Shown here: in pieces, positions 13,045 through 27,227 of the stretch | How the letters are laid out: the number at the start of each line of letters is the position of its first letter | How positions within the stretch are numbered: the first letter of the stretch is position 1 | NCBI RefSeq assembly: GCF_009914755.1 | Contig: NC_060928.1 | Length of the DNA: 64,000 nucleotides | Strand: one strand, 5' to 3' | Source: the human T2T-CHM13v2.0 reference genome, Homo sapiens | The notes under the pieces: generated by a model | Seen by the model: the letters and a program-made list of their open reading frames with translations, nothing else | Told to the model about the DNA's origin: nothing | The model's database searches: none | Made by a program: the position numbers and the translations under genes

Positions 13045-14509
13045 GAGGGAAACCACTCAGGCATCAACAGGCTAACCCTTGAAATGCACCCTAAGCCATT
13101 GGGACCAATTTGACCCATGAACCCTGAAAAAGAGGCAGCTCATTTTTTCCTTCACTACGGCCTGGCCACTATATTCTCCCTCTGATGGGGAAAAATGGCC
13201 ACCTGAGGGAAGTACAAATTACAATACTATCCTGCAGCTTCACCTTTTCTGCAAGAGGTAAGGCAAATGGAGTGAAATACCTTATGTCCAAGCTTTCTTT
13301 TCATTGAAGGAAAATACACAACTATGCAAAGCTTACAATTTACATCCTACAGGAGGACCTCTCAGCTTACCCCCATATCCTAGCCTCCCTATAGCTCCCC
13401 TTCCTATTAATGATAATCCTCTGCTAATCTCCCCTGCCCAGAAGGAAATAAGCAAAGAAATCTCCAAAGGACCACAACCCCCCCCCACCCAGGCTATCGG
13501 TTATGTCCACCTCAAGCTGTAGGGGGAGCAGAATTTGGCCCAACCTGGGTATATGTCCCCTTCTCTCTCTCTGATTTAAAACAGAGCAAGGCAACTGGGC
13601 AAGTTTTCAGATGATCCTGATAGGTATATCGATATCCTACAGGGTCTAGGGCAAATGTTCAACCTCACTTGGAGAGATGTCTTGATACTGGAAGAACAAA
13701 CCCTGGCCTTTAATGAAAAGAATACAGCTTTAGCTGCAGCCTGAGAGTTTGGAGATACCTGGTATCTTAGTCAAGTAAATGATAGGATGACAGCTGAAGA
13801 AAGGGACAAATTCCCTACCAGTCAGCAAGCCATCCCCAGTATGGATCCCCACTGGGACCTCGACTCAGATCATGGGGACTGGAGTCACAAACATCCGTTG
13901 ACCTGTGTTCTAGAAGGACTAAGGAGAATTAGAAAAAAGCCCATGAATTATTCAATGATGTCCACCATAACTCAGGGAAAGGAAGAAAATCCTTCTGCCT
14001 TCCTCGAGCGGCTACAGGAGGCCTTAAGAAAATATACTCCCCAGTCACCCAAATCACTTGAGGGTCAATTGATTCTAAAACATAAGTTTATTACCCAATC
14101 AGCCACAGATATCAGGAGAAAGCTGCAAAAGCAAGCCCTGGGCCCTGAACAAAATCTGGAGGCATTATTAAACCTGGCAATCTTGGTGTTCTATAATAGA
14201 GACCAAGAGGAATAGGCTCAAAAGGAAAAGCGAGACCAGAGAAAGACCACAGCCTTAGTTATGGCCCTCAGACAAACAAACCTTGGTGGTTCAGAGAGGA
14301 CAGAAAATGGAGCAGGCCAATCACCCAGTAGGGCTTGTTATCAGTGTGGTTTACCAGGACACTTCAAAAAAGATTGTTCGATAAGAAACAAGCTGCCCCC
14401 TCATCCATGTCCACTATGCCGACGCAATCACTGGAAGGTGCACTGCCCCAGAGGACAAAGGTTCTCTGGGTCAGAAGCCCCCCACCAGATGATCCAACAA
14501 CAGGATTGA
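13045..14509 (+). pseudogene. gag: HERV9 gag, disrupted (start codon lost, stops and frameshifts)
   Basis: ORF 13787-14215 has the capsid MHR-like QGKEENPSAFLERLQEAL. ORF 14261-14509 has the zinc knuckle CYQCGLPGHFKKDC and a second CPLCRRNHWKVHC. Confidence 0.9.
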
Positions 14510-14880
14510 GGGTGCCCAGGGCAAGCGCCAGCTCAAGTCAACACCCTCACTGAGCCCTGGGTACTTTTAACCATTGAGGGCCATGAAATTGACTTCCTTC
14601 TGGACCCTGGCATGGCCTTCTCAGTGTTAATCTCCTGTCCTGGAAGACTGTCCTCAAGGTCCGTTACCATCCGAGGAATCCTGGGACAGCCTGTAACCAG
14701 GTATTTCTCCCACCTCCTCAGTTGTAACTGGGAGACTTTGCTCTTTTCACATGCCTTTCTTGTTATGCCTGAAAGTCCCACACCCTTATTAGGGAGGGAT
14801 GTATTAGCCAAGGTTGGAGCTATTATCTACATGAATATGGGGAATACGTTACCCATTTGTTGTCCCCTACTTGAGTGGGG
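14510..14880 (+). pseudogene. pro: HERV9 protease remnant; active site LLDTG changed to LLDPG
   Basis: In frame after the gag TGA: LTIEGHEIDFLLDPGMAFSVL...PTPLLGRDVL. Confidence 0.85.
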
Positions 14881-16696
14881 GAATCAACCCTGAAGTCTGG
14901 GCACTGGAAGGACAATTTGGAAGGGCAAAAAATGCCCACCCAGTCCAAATCAGGCTAAAAGACCCCATCACTTTTCCTTATCAAAGGCAATACCCCTTAA
15001 GGCCTGAAGCTCATAAAGGATTACAGGATATTGTTAAACATTTAAAAGCTCAAGACTTAGTAAGGAAATGCAGCAGTCCCTGCAACATCCCAATTCCAGG
15101 AGTACAAAAACCAGTCAGTGGAGAGTAGTGCAACATCTTAGACTCATCGAGGCAGTAATTCCTCTATATCCAGTTGTACCCAAACCCTATACTTTGCTCT
15201 CTCAAATACCAGAGGAAGGAGAATGGTTCATGGTTCTGGACCTCAAGGATGCCTTCTTCTGTATTCCCCTGCACTCTGACTCCCAGTTTCTCTTTGCCTT
15301 TGAGGATCCCAAAGACCACACGTCCCAACTTATGTGGACGGTCTTGCCCCAAGCGTTTAGGGATAGCCCTTACCTGTTTGGTCAGGTACTGGCCCAAGAT
15401 CTAGGCCACTTCTCAAGTCCAGGGGCTCTGGTCCTCCAGTATGTGGATGACTTACTTTTGGCTACCAGTTCAGAAGCCTCGTGTCAGCAGGCTACCCTAG
15501 ATCTCTTGAACTTTCTAGCTAATCAAGGGTGCAATGTGTCTAGGTTGAAGGCCCAGCTTTGCCTACAGCAGGTCAAATATCTAGGCCTAATCTTAGCCAG
15601 AGGGACCAGGGCCCTCAGCAGGGAACGAATACAACCTATACTGGCTTATCCTCGCCCGAAGACATTAAATCAGTTGCAGGGGTTCCTTGGAATCACCGGC
15701 TTTTGCCCACTATGGATCCCCAGATACAGTGAGATAGCCAGGCCCTTCTATACTCTAATCAAGTAAACCCAGAGGGCAAATACTCATCTAGTAGAATGGG
15801 AACCAGAGGCAGAAACAGCCTTCAAAACCTTAAAGCAGGCCCTAGTACAAGCTCCAGCTTTAAGCCTTCCCATAGGACAAAACTTTTCTTTATATGTCAC
15901 AGAGAGAACAGGGATAGCTCTTGGAGTCCTTACTCAGACTCGTGGGACCACCCCACAACCAGTGGTATATCTAAGTAAGGAAATGGTTGTAGTAGCAAAA
16001 GGCTGGCCTCACTGTTTAAGGGTAGTTGCGGCGGTGGCCATCTTAATGTCAGAGGCTATCAAAATAATACAAGGAAAGGATCTCACTGTCTGGACTACTG
16101 GTGATGTAAATGGCATACTAGGTTCCAAAGGAAGTTTATAGATGTCAGACAACCTCCTACTTAGATATCAGGCACTACTCCATGAGGGACTGTTGCTTCA
16201 AATACATATGTGTGTGGCCCTCAACCCTGCCACTTTTCTCCCAGAGGATGGGGAACCAATCGAACATGATGGCCAACAAATTATAGTTCGGACTTATGCA
16301 ACCTGAGATGATCTCTCAGAAGTCCCCTTAGCTAATCCTGACCTTAACCTATATACTGATGGAAGCTCATTTGTGGACAATAAGATACAAAGGGCAGGTT
16401 ATGCCATAGTTAATGATGTAACCATACATGAAAGTAAGACTCTTCCCCCAGGGACCAGTGCCCAGTTAGCAGAACTAGTGGCACTTACCCAAGCCTTAGA
16501 ACTGGGAAAGGGAAAAAGAATAAATCTGTATACAGATTGCAAGTATGCTTATCTAATCCTGCATGCCCATGCTGCAATGTGGAAAGAAAGGGAGTTCCTA
16601 ACCTCTGGGGGAACCCCCATTAAATACCAGAAGGAAATCAAAGAGTTATTGCATGCAGCGCAAAAACCCAAGGAGGTGGCAGTCTTACACTGCTGA
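14881..16696 (+). pseudogene. pol: HERV9 pol (RT + RNase H), disrupted; integrase absent
   Basis: ORF 15068-15766 has LDLKDAFF, LPQAF and YVDDLL (15440-15451). RNase H motifs YTDGSS, SAQLAELVAL and YTDCKY lie in and just before ORF 16373-16696. Frameshifts and a TAA at 15764. Confidence 0.93.
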
Positions 16697-16699
16697 AGC

Positions 16700-16905
16700 C
16701 ATCAAAAAGGGGAAGGAGAAGGGAGAACAGCAGCATAAGCAGCTGGCAGAGGCAGCAGAAAGGAAAAAGAGAGAGACAGGAAGTCAGAGAAGGACAAGGA
16801 GACAGAGGAGGAGACAGAGGGACAGAAAATCAAAGAAGGACAGAGAGGAAGAGACAAAGAAGAGTCGAAGAGAGAGAAAGAGAGAGATAGACATAGTAAA
16901 GAAAA
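16700..16905 (+). repeat. AG-rich low-complexity tract at the position of integrase/env-SU
   Basis: GAGAGAGACAGGAAG-type purine run between the end of RNase H and the env remnant. Confidence 0.85.
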
Positions 16906-16909
16906 AACA

Positions 16910-18116
<1,207 letters not shown>

Positions 18117-18162
18117 AGTGGTCATCAGCCAAATTCCCAACAGCAGTTGGGGTGTCCTGTTT

Positions 18163-18174
18163 GAGAGGGGGGAT
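18163..18174 (+). other. Polypurine tract
   Basis: GAGAGGGGGGAT immediately before the TG of the 3' LTR. Confidence 0.85.
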
Positions 18175-19630
18175 TGAGAGGTGACAATGTGTTAGCAGCC
18201 CTCGCTTGCTCTCAGTGCCTCCTCAGTCTCGGTTTCTGCTCTGGCCATGCTTGAGGAGCCCTTCAGCCCACCGTTGCACTGTGGCAGCCCCTCTCTGGGC
18301 TGGTGGAGGCTGGAGCCAGCTCCCTCTGCAAGCGGGGAGGTGTGGAGGGAGAGGCACAGGTGGGAACTGGGGCTGTGCACGGCGCTCATGGGCCAGCATG
18401 AGTTCCAGGTGGGCGCAGGCTCGGCAGGCCCCACACTCCAAGCAGCCAGCTGGCACTGCCGGCCCCAGGCAGTGAGGGGCTTTGCAGCCGGGCCAGCAGC
18501 TGCGGAGGATGCGCTGGGTCCCCCAGCACTGCAGACCCGCCTGCACTGTGCTCAAATCCTCACCAGGCCTCAGCTGCCTCCTCACAGGGCAGGGGTGGGG
18601 ACTTGGAGAACTTTTATGTCTCAGAGTTTGTGGATGCACCAATCAGTACTCTGTATCTAGCTAATCTGATGGGGACTTGGAGAACTTTTATGTCTAGCTA
18701 GAGGATTGTAAATGCACCAATCAGCACTCTGTGTCTAGCTAAAGGTTTGTAAACACACCAATCAGGGCTCTGTGTCTAGCTAATCTAGTGGGCACTTGGA
18801 GAAATTTGCATCTAGCTAAAGGATTGTAAACATACCAATCAGCACTCTGTGTCTAGCTAAAGGATTGTAAATGCACCAATCAGCACTCTATGTCTAGCTT
18901 GGGTTTCAGGGATGCACTAATCAGTGCTCTGTGTCTAGCTAATCTAGTGGGGACTTGGAGAACTTTTGGGTCTAGCTAAAGGATTGTAAATGCACCAATC
19001 AGCACGCTGTGTCTAGCTCAAGGTCTGTAAATGCACGAATCAGCACTCTGTGTCTAGCTCAGGGATTGCAAATGCACCAATCTGCACCCTGCAAAAATGG
19101 ACCAATCAGCTCTCTGTAAAAGGGACCAATCAGCAGGATGTGGGTGTGGTCAGATAAGGGAATAATAGCAGGCTGCCCAAGCCAGCAGTGTCAACCCACT
19201 CAGGTCCCCTTCCACGCTGTGGAAGCTTTGTTCTTTCGCTTTTTGCAATAAATCTTGCTGCTGCTCACTTTGTGGGTCCTCACTGCCCTTATGAGCTGTA
19301 ACTCTCATTGGGAAGGTCTGCAGCTTCACTCCTGAGGCCAGCAAGACCACGAACCCACTGGGAGGAATGAACAACTCCAGACAGGAGGAATGAACATCTC
19401 CAGACGTGCTGCCTTAAGAGCTATAACACTCACTGCGAAGGTCTGCAGCTTCACTCCTGAAGCCAGCAAGACCACTAACCCACCAGAAGGAATAAACTCC
19501 AAACATGTCCGTACATCACAAGGAACAAACTCCGGACACACCATCTTTAAGAACTGTAACACTCACTGCGTGGGTCCATGGCTTCATTCTTGAAGTCAGT
19601 GAGACCAAGAACCCACCAATTCTGGACACA
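18175..19630 (+). mobile_element. 3' LTR12, 1456 bp, with U3 deletion
   Basis: Same termini as the 5' LTR. Lacks ~220 bp equivalent to 10405-10627. Poly(A) signal AATAAA at ~19247. Confidence 0.95.
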
Positions 19631-20570
19631 AAACCACAGATTTATCATAGTCAATTCCATAACTTTATTATGTTTAAGTGACGAGTAAATAAATAACATG
19701 TTGTCCTTTACATGCAGAGACAAATCATCAGTATAGTCCATAATTTGAATGATTTCCCTATTTTACTTTTGAATTTGTGCTAATATATGTTCTTTTTATG
19801 TCATTTATTGTGTCACTGAGAGGGATTAAAGGTGTCTTTTGTGATCAGGTACCTATATGAGAATAGAAAGATTTAAAAATTAAACCTGTATGTTTCTGAG
19901 GGACGTAGCTGATTTTCTGAGGCAATCCACTGAGTGGTTACAATGGGCTCTTAAATAATTGCATTTTCTTGAATCGGTATGCTGTGACTAAGGTACCTGT
20001 GAGAAGAGAGGATTGATTTCCCTCTTATACTTCCCATCCAAGTTCAAACCCTACCTTTAGAAGAAACAATTAGATTGCCTCTAAATGCAGTGTTACTGAT
20101 GAGCTTGTTCCATGGTCAATGGTGGAAATCAATTTTCATTTAAGAACCTACAGTACTTAGCCTTTTTCCTTTTCTGTAGTCTTTATTGATTCTTCTTTCC
20201 ATAGAAAGACACTATCCATTCTACTGTAGCCAGGCACTGTTTCCAAGATTCCATAATAATGGAGTAAAAGTTCTCAGAGGGCTTTCCTAGACTGGCAACA
20301 TGCCCATTTTTTAATTTGCAGATGAAGGCTATTCTATCTATCATTGAGCATGGGAGAAGACATTTAAAAGAGACAGAAACATTATTATGAAAAGCCTCAA
20401 AATAAACTCTTCTCTGGCCTGTCCAGAGATTTCAGGGGTAAGAAAAAATTAAAAGAATACTCGGATGGATTATAAATTACTCTTTTAATTAAGTATGGCC
20501 ACCAATTTCTTCAGGTCAAAGAGCAGCTTGAAATGATTCCCTCTGTCCCTCCCAAGCTCAGAGCTAAGGG

Positions 20571-21012
20571 TTTTTTTTTTTTTTTTTTTTTTGGTTATTA
20601 AATAATTTGTTTATTGTATGGCATTTACAAAGAAAACAGACAATGCACTCAGTAGAAAGAATAACAATGTATTTAGGGCTTTATTTTTAACCGACAGCAA
20701 ATAGAAATCCTTTAGTGAGATCATGGCAATTTGACAGTATTATAATTAAGCTCAAATAAAGGTACATGGGGTACTTGGAAATCAAGATCTACAGCTGCCT
20801 ATTTCCACATCTTTCAATCCATCTGGCTCCTTAAACAGGGGAAAAAGCCCTTATTTGGTGGAGAAGCATTTCCAAAATGAAGTTACAGTTTCTCTCTATT
20901 AAAATTTACTGTCACATCAACTGTTAAAATAGGGCCTTTTGTTTGTTTTGTTATTTCACCTTAATATCACCAGAATTCCTGTAATTCCACAATTGTGATT
21001 TTTTTGTGTAGG
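20571..21012 (-). pseudogene. Processed retrocopy of an mRNA 3' UTR end (recalled as HNRNPA2B1-like; unverified)
   Basis: T22 at 20571-20592; minus-strand AATAAA at 20610-20615, 17 nt from the tail; non-Alu/non-L1 body; short GGGTTTT TSD-like flanks. Confidence 0.7.
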
Positions 21013-22574
21013 GGGTTTTCAATGCATATTTTTTCACCAAAGAGAGAACACTATTCAGCAGTAATTTTTATATTAGAATTGTACACCATGTGGCTTCTAG
21101 ATTTGTAAGACAGAAGAGTCTGCCTTATGAGGAATGACTCCTGGTTTCACAGCAAAGTTGTTTTCTGGGAGGTGCCTTCTCAGATTAGGCCATCCTCCCT
21201 TCTTTGTTTACAATGAAGATTACCTATGAATATCATGAGAGGTAAAAACAGTCTATTTCACATTTAGTTTTCATAGATTCATTTGCTCTGAGGTGAGTTT
21301 TCTCATAAACATTTAGTGAACTGCCCTTCATTTAGCATTGCAGTTCTGTATATTTTGTAATGGGGGATAGTCTCTATGATCCCTCTAGTTTTCACTTAAA
21401 TGCATGACTCAGTAGGGGAAAAAACAATAGAACCTAAGCCTTATAATAAAATATAGTTATTCCTGATATTTTTAAAGTACAAATAACAGTAGGTAATGCA
21501 TATGCAGTCTAATATAATCAAAACAGAAAAAATGCTGCTTTGAGGAGCTAAATGAAAGAATTAGAAATGTAACAAGTTTTTTATGGCAATACTTTGATAT
21601 TATACTCTGCTAATGAAATTGTGTCTTAGTTTAAGTTTTTTCATTTTTTACAAAGTGAAACTCAAGTAAATTATATAGCCATATGTAATTTTCATGCCCT
21701 TTTTATGAGATATTTCTATTATATATTCCTTCTCAGTTGAAAGAGAACTTTTATTATCTGAATTACATTTTGAAGTGTTCTTTATTATAAAATTTAAAAA
21801 TATCTAGGCAAAAAAATAAGAAAATTACAATTTTGTTTACATTAGGCTTATAAATACATGTTAATTTATCTAACTTTTTAAAACAACAACAACAAAAACC
21901 TTTTTTAATTCTAGTAGCTAAGAGCTTCCAAAATGAGTTTTAGCTGCATTTATCAATTGGAAATTTATCTTTCCTTTTCATTTAAAAATGTTATACTATA
22001 TGTGATTGACTGCTTCATAACTGTAGATATTTTGTATGGCCTTTATTTCATTTTGTTTTTCAGATGTCTTTGCATCTGTGGAATTGTTCTAGCCAGGATA
22101 GCCTTTACTTTGAGATTCAGGTGGAATTAAGCATTGCATTCTCTAGTCATTGGAGTGAGAGAATCAGAACTCTCCTGGCTTATCTAAAAAGAAGAAGGTC
22201 TTCTGAATACACAAATTTGGATTTTCTTGGCACAACAGCCAGACATTCAAGACTTTAATTTAATTTTTTTTTTAACAACATTCTCCCATTAGTAAGTTTT
22301 TAGTTGTGTTGTGATTGCCAAACTTTTACACCTGGGAATCTGGCATTGTATATCCATGATACTAAGAAAATTTCATTTCTCCCTAGGATGCTAATTAGAC
22401 TTCTCTAATCCAGCTGTTAAAGCCAGGCAAAACAGGAGAAAGGGCTAAATTAATAAAGAAGATCTCAGATGATCACCACCTAGATATCTACATTTTCTGC
22501 AGTAAAAAAAGCACGTGAATCAATTTTTAAAATATTTCATGCAAAAGTTTGGGGTGTAAGGCATACACATGTAT

Positions 22575-23087
22575 TATCAATAGAGGAAAATGATGAACAC
22601 ATCTCAATCATTTTGGGAGATTTATTTGCCAAAGTTAAGTTATGCTCAGAAGACAGGTCTATGCCTTTCTCCAAAGATGATTTTGAGGGCTCCAAATTTA
22701 AAGAGGAAATGGCGGGGTATTGAGAAGCACACAGTTTTCACATAAACAAAAGGGGCAGAGGAAAAATGTGGAATCTGCATTTTACCTAAGATAATGCAGA
22801 CAAAAGAGGATAGGGAAACAATCAGATATATAGTTGTGTCTGGCAGGCGTGGCTGAACATGTAAAGATAAGCTATCAATCTGCATTGCCATGGTGAAGTT
22901 TTAACAACGCACCAGGAATTTCCTTGTGGGCAAAATATGGGGGAGGCATGTAGCTTTTCATTTTGTACCCATATTATTTAGGAACCAAAAGAAGGAGGCA
23001 GGTTTGTGTGACCCATTTCCTTTTCCAGCTTGACTTTTCTCTTTGGCTAAATGAGTTTGGGGTCCCAAAATTTAGTTTCCTTTCACT
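22575..23087 (-). mobile_element. MER4-group ERV1 solo LTR
   Basis: Minus-strand start GTGAAAGGAAACTAAATTTTGGGACCCCAAACTC...AAAAGTCAAGCTGG matches the MER4 LTR 5' end. CTTTGGCAAATAAA near its 3' end. Confidence 0.8.
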
Positions 23088-23603
23088 ATATATTTAAGTA
23101 TCACTTAATGATAACAATAAAGGTTAGAAAACGCCCACTTTTCTAACTTATCTACAAAGATGTTTTATAATTATATAATAGTAAATTTGATTTTTCTTGT
23201 ATATGTTAGAATTATTCATTCAAACAGGAAATTATCAGTTAAATGAAGATCAGACTGAACATTTTAGAGAGGACAAAATGGAAGGAAATAGTTGTGCTGA
23301 ATACTTTTCCATTAACAATGGGATAGTTAGTTCCTAGTAGTCTGAGTCACCTGGATTCACTAGGATTCACTAGTGTGTTTTATGTATATTCTAATATTCT
23401 TGGTGCAGTTTTTTTTTTGGTCTTTATTTATAAAATCAGGATTTTTTAAAATTATAGAACATATTATGTGCATGACATGCTACTTGAAACCTATAGAGAA
23501 AGCAGCTGGACTACATTGGTACATTTTCATACAAATCCAGAAAGCCAACCATTTAAAGAAGAGTAGGTTTCTAATTAAAAGAAGTATATTTTCTTATGAT
23601 GGA

Positions 23604-23868
23604 TAGGGTTAGCAGATAAAATACAGGACACTGAGTTAAATTTGCATTTGAGGTAAACAATGAATATTTTTATTATTATATCTCAAACATTGTATGGGAT
23701 ATAATTACACTAAAAATTATTTGTTGCTTATCTGTCTGATTAAATTTAGTCTAAATATGTCCTCTGCAACACTTAGGACATACTTATAATAAACTTTTTT
23801 TCATTTCTTTCTAAAATATGAATTTAACTTGGTATACTTTATTTTCATTTGCTAAATGTAATGACCGT
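23604..23868. mobile_element. MER53-like palindromic hAT MITE with internal duplication
   Basis: Left arm TAGGGTTAGCAGATAAAATACAGGACACTGAGTTAAATTTG; right arm ...AATTTAACTTGG...TTTCATTTGCTAAATG. Confidence 0.7.
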
Positions 23869-25124
23869 GGGTCATTTGAGTTATAAAAAATTATGTAGAT
23901 ACATTTAAACATCTATAGCTTTACCATATATAAATGATTATGTCTAATATTTTGACATACTTCCTAATACACTTTTTGAATATTTGATAGAGTTAAGCTC
24001 AAAATGCTAATTTTTATTTTTAAATAAAAATAATTAAATACTATCAATACTAGACTACAATTTACATTATTTTGAAGACAGGTAATGTTACTCTTGGTAA
24101 ATTTATTAGTCTTTCCAATATAGTAAAAAAAATAGTCATTTCATACCTTTTAAAGTATTGAGAAAACATAAATTAAATTGCTTTTTCAATGAAGGATGTC
24201 ATCACAATGCAATGTATTTATGCTAAGGGACATAAAGAACTATTTTGCTTAGTGATTCTTCTAGCATGAGTTACTGTAAAAATAATTGGCTATTTTATAA
24301 ATTAGAAAGGGAGAGTATTATTCTTCTAAGTATTTATGAGACAGGTAAATATTTAATTAAGCAATAGGGTAAAATTTTTGGTGCACAGAAAATGTTTCCT
24401 AGAAATGAGAAAAAAATGACTACATGACAAGAAAAGTTAAAGGAAGCAGTGGGGAATAAAACTTCATCTTTGTGTGAAAGAATATACCTAAGGACCAACT
24501 CCTGAGTTTTTGTACTTAATTAAGGAAAGACTTGAAAATTCTTTTACAAATGATTTTTTATTTATGCATCTCAATTTGGTTTCAATTCAGGTAAATTAGG
24601 ATAAATCTGGAAGGGTTTTTTGTAGATAAATATATGGCTAGTTTGTTTTCTGAAGTTTTGCATATTTAAAGGAAAACACTAGCTTTCATATATGAAAAAT
24701 GATTTGACATGTCATTTTTTAATAATGATTTATTATTTTTAAATTCTGAAAATACAAACTCACCCATTGTCTTCTAACACAACACTGGAGGAAAAGAACA
24801 CATTTCCGTCTCTGTTTTCCAGTTTTGTTATTCCCGCTCTTAGTTTAACTTCTATTTTCTATACGCACATCAATATGCCTTTTTATTTTTCCTTTTATTC
24901 AAATGCTTCCAACTTATTGTCCAGGTATTCAGTGATCCATCTACTTAACATTCACCCGTCTGCCTTCAGACAATAAAATAAAAGTTTTCTTATTTTATTA
25001 ATTGGTGTTTGTGATCTTTTAGTCCTGTTTATTAAAAATAGGATATCAGAACTGAATATAAAATCAAAATTCTCCTTCCTTCATATTTATTATATTGTTT
25101 TGTCTATCAGTTTCCTTTTCTCCT

Positions 25125-25400
25125 TTTTTTAAAAATAACTCTGCTGAGACATTATACGTATCATATAGTTCACCCGTTTCGAGTGTACAATTCAATAATA
25201 TTTACATCATTTAAGAAGTTGCATAATCATTACCATAAATTAGATTTAGAATATTTGCATACACCCATTAAGATACTTCTCACACATTTACTGTTAAGTC
25301 CCACTCCTGGCCCCAGGAAACCATTAGTTTATTTTCTGTTTCTGTAGATTTACCGAACATGCCATGTAAATAGAGTCATAGGATATGTATTCTTTTACGA
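25125..25400 (-). mobile_element. Old L1 (L1MB/L1MC-type) 3' end fragment
   Basis: GTTCACCCGTTTCGAGTGTACAATTCAA...CCCCAGGAAACCATTAG...TTTCTGTTTCTGTAGATTTACC. Confidence 0.7.
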
Positions 25401-26890
25401 CTAGGTGCTTCATTTTCTTCTTTACTCTCTTGAGTGTTTCTGGATTGTCTTCTGTATCGCTGCTTCAATTTTTTACAGCTTCAAATTGTGCTCAACCACT
25501 TCCAATATAGATTTTGATTCTGATATTACACTTCACTTTCTTGAAAATATTTTTGAAAAGCCCTCACACACACACCCCCCCACACACCTACTCCCCCATA
25601 CATATGTACATCATAATCTCATTCTTTTATTTTTTCATCTCCAGATGAAACACTGTATTCTAGATATTAGGAGGCTGGGATTATATTCCCATGAAAAATA
25701 GCATTTATGAAATAAAGAGAAACTTCCTAGTAGTTTTTTTGGTGGGAGAGTCTTGAGAATGTAGCATTTACAGACATTACAAATTGTCTTTAATTTTTTG
25801 AGGGGGAATTCAGATGTATCTTGAGAAATTCTAAAATAATTTTTCCATATGGTAATCATGCACCTTGTCAATTATTATGACTGGAACCAAGTACTTTAAA
25901 TAGTAAATAAAGGACTAGGTCAAATGTGTATCATCTAAGAAAGGAACATCACTCATGGTAGTTAAGATGTTGAGAAGAAAGTAGCACTTTGCCTGGGTCA
26001 ATTGCCACTAACTCAAAGTGAATAAGTGGTTGGATGGGTGGGTGAGGTTTCGAAAGATTTAATTATGCTCTGAAGTTTTATGTGTAACTTTCTTTTTTTC
26101 TGAAGATGATTTTAATAACCTTCTTAAATGGAATAAACCTCAGTACCCCAAATTTTAAGAAATCCCATTAAGTCTTAAATTAATATCTTAAATAATGGCA
26201 CAGTGTCATTTGGGGCATATAAATGTTCGTATCTGATTGCTTTTTACTCTCCTATTATGTTGTCCAGTGACTAGTGAACAAAAGCAACATTTCCAGTTAG
26301 TGGAAGAAGCATCAGAATTTAAAAGAAAAAATATTGTTATAGAATACAAAGCAATTAGATTGACAAATATCCTCCCTTTAAATTATCAGGTGGCTTAAGT
26401 GTATGTTGATATAATTACAATGTATTAGAAAAATCATTCATTCATTGTCTTTTATAATCAGCTTCTTGAATGAGGACAGAAGCTGAATGCTGTATAAAAT
26501 AATTATTAGTGCTTATAGAATAAACAAATGTTAACAATGGCTTTGATTCCTAGAGTAAAGATACAGTGTTCGCTGATCAAAATATTGATAATTAGCTCTG
26601 ATTTTACTGTTGTTGAAAAATGTTATTTAATGGATTTCGAAATGCTTAATTGTTTGCTGCCCTCAGTAAAACATTTATATAAATGAATAATCAACATATT
26701 TTTATTTGCCCATTGAGGGAAAGAAAATTAAAGAAGTCTCTTAATAACTTTCTTAGTAAAAATTTTAAGATAAATGTGTTTTTTTATAAAACTCTTACTC
26801 CTATGTTCTTACATGAATTGAAATATCAATTTTAAAAAATTAAAATGTAATTTTCTTTAAGGAATATACAACATTAAAACATACATTTAG

Positions 26891-27227
<337 letters not shown>

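Noticed and set aside
26471-26592. C/D-box snoRNA reading of the duplicated element (TGAGGA...CTGA)
   Set aside because: The C box is non-canonical, there is no terminal stem, and homology extends well beyond the putative D box.
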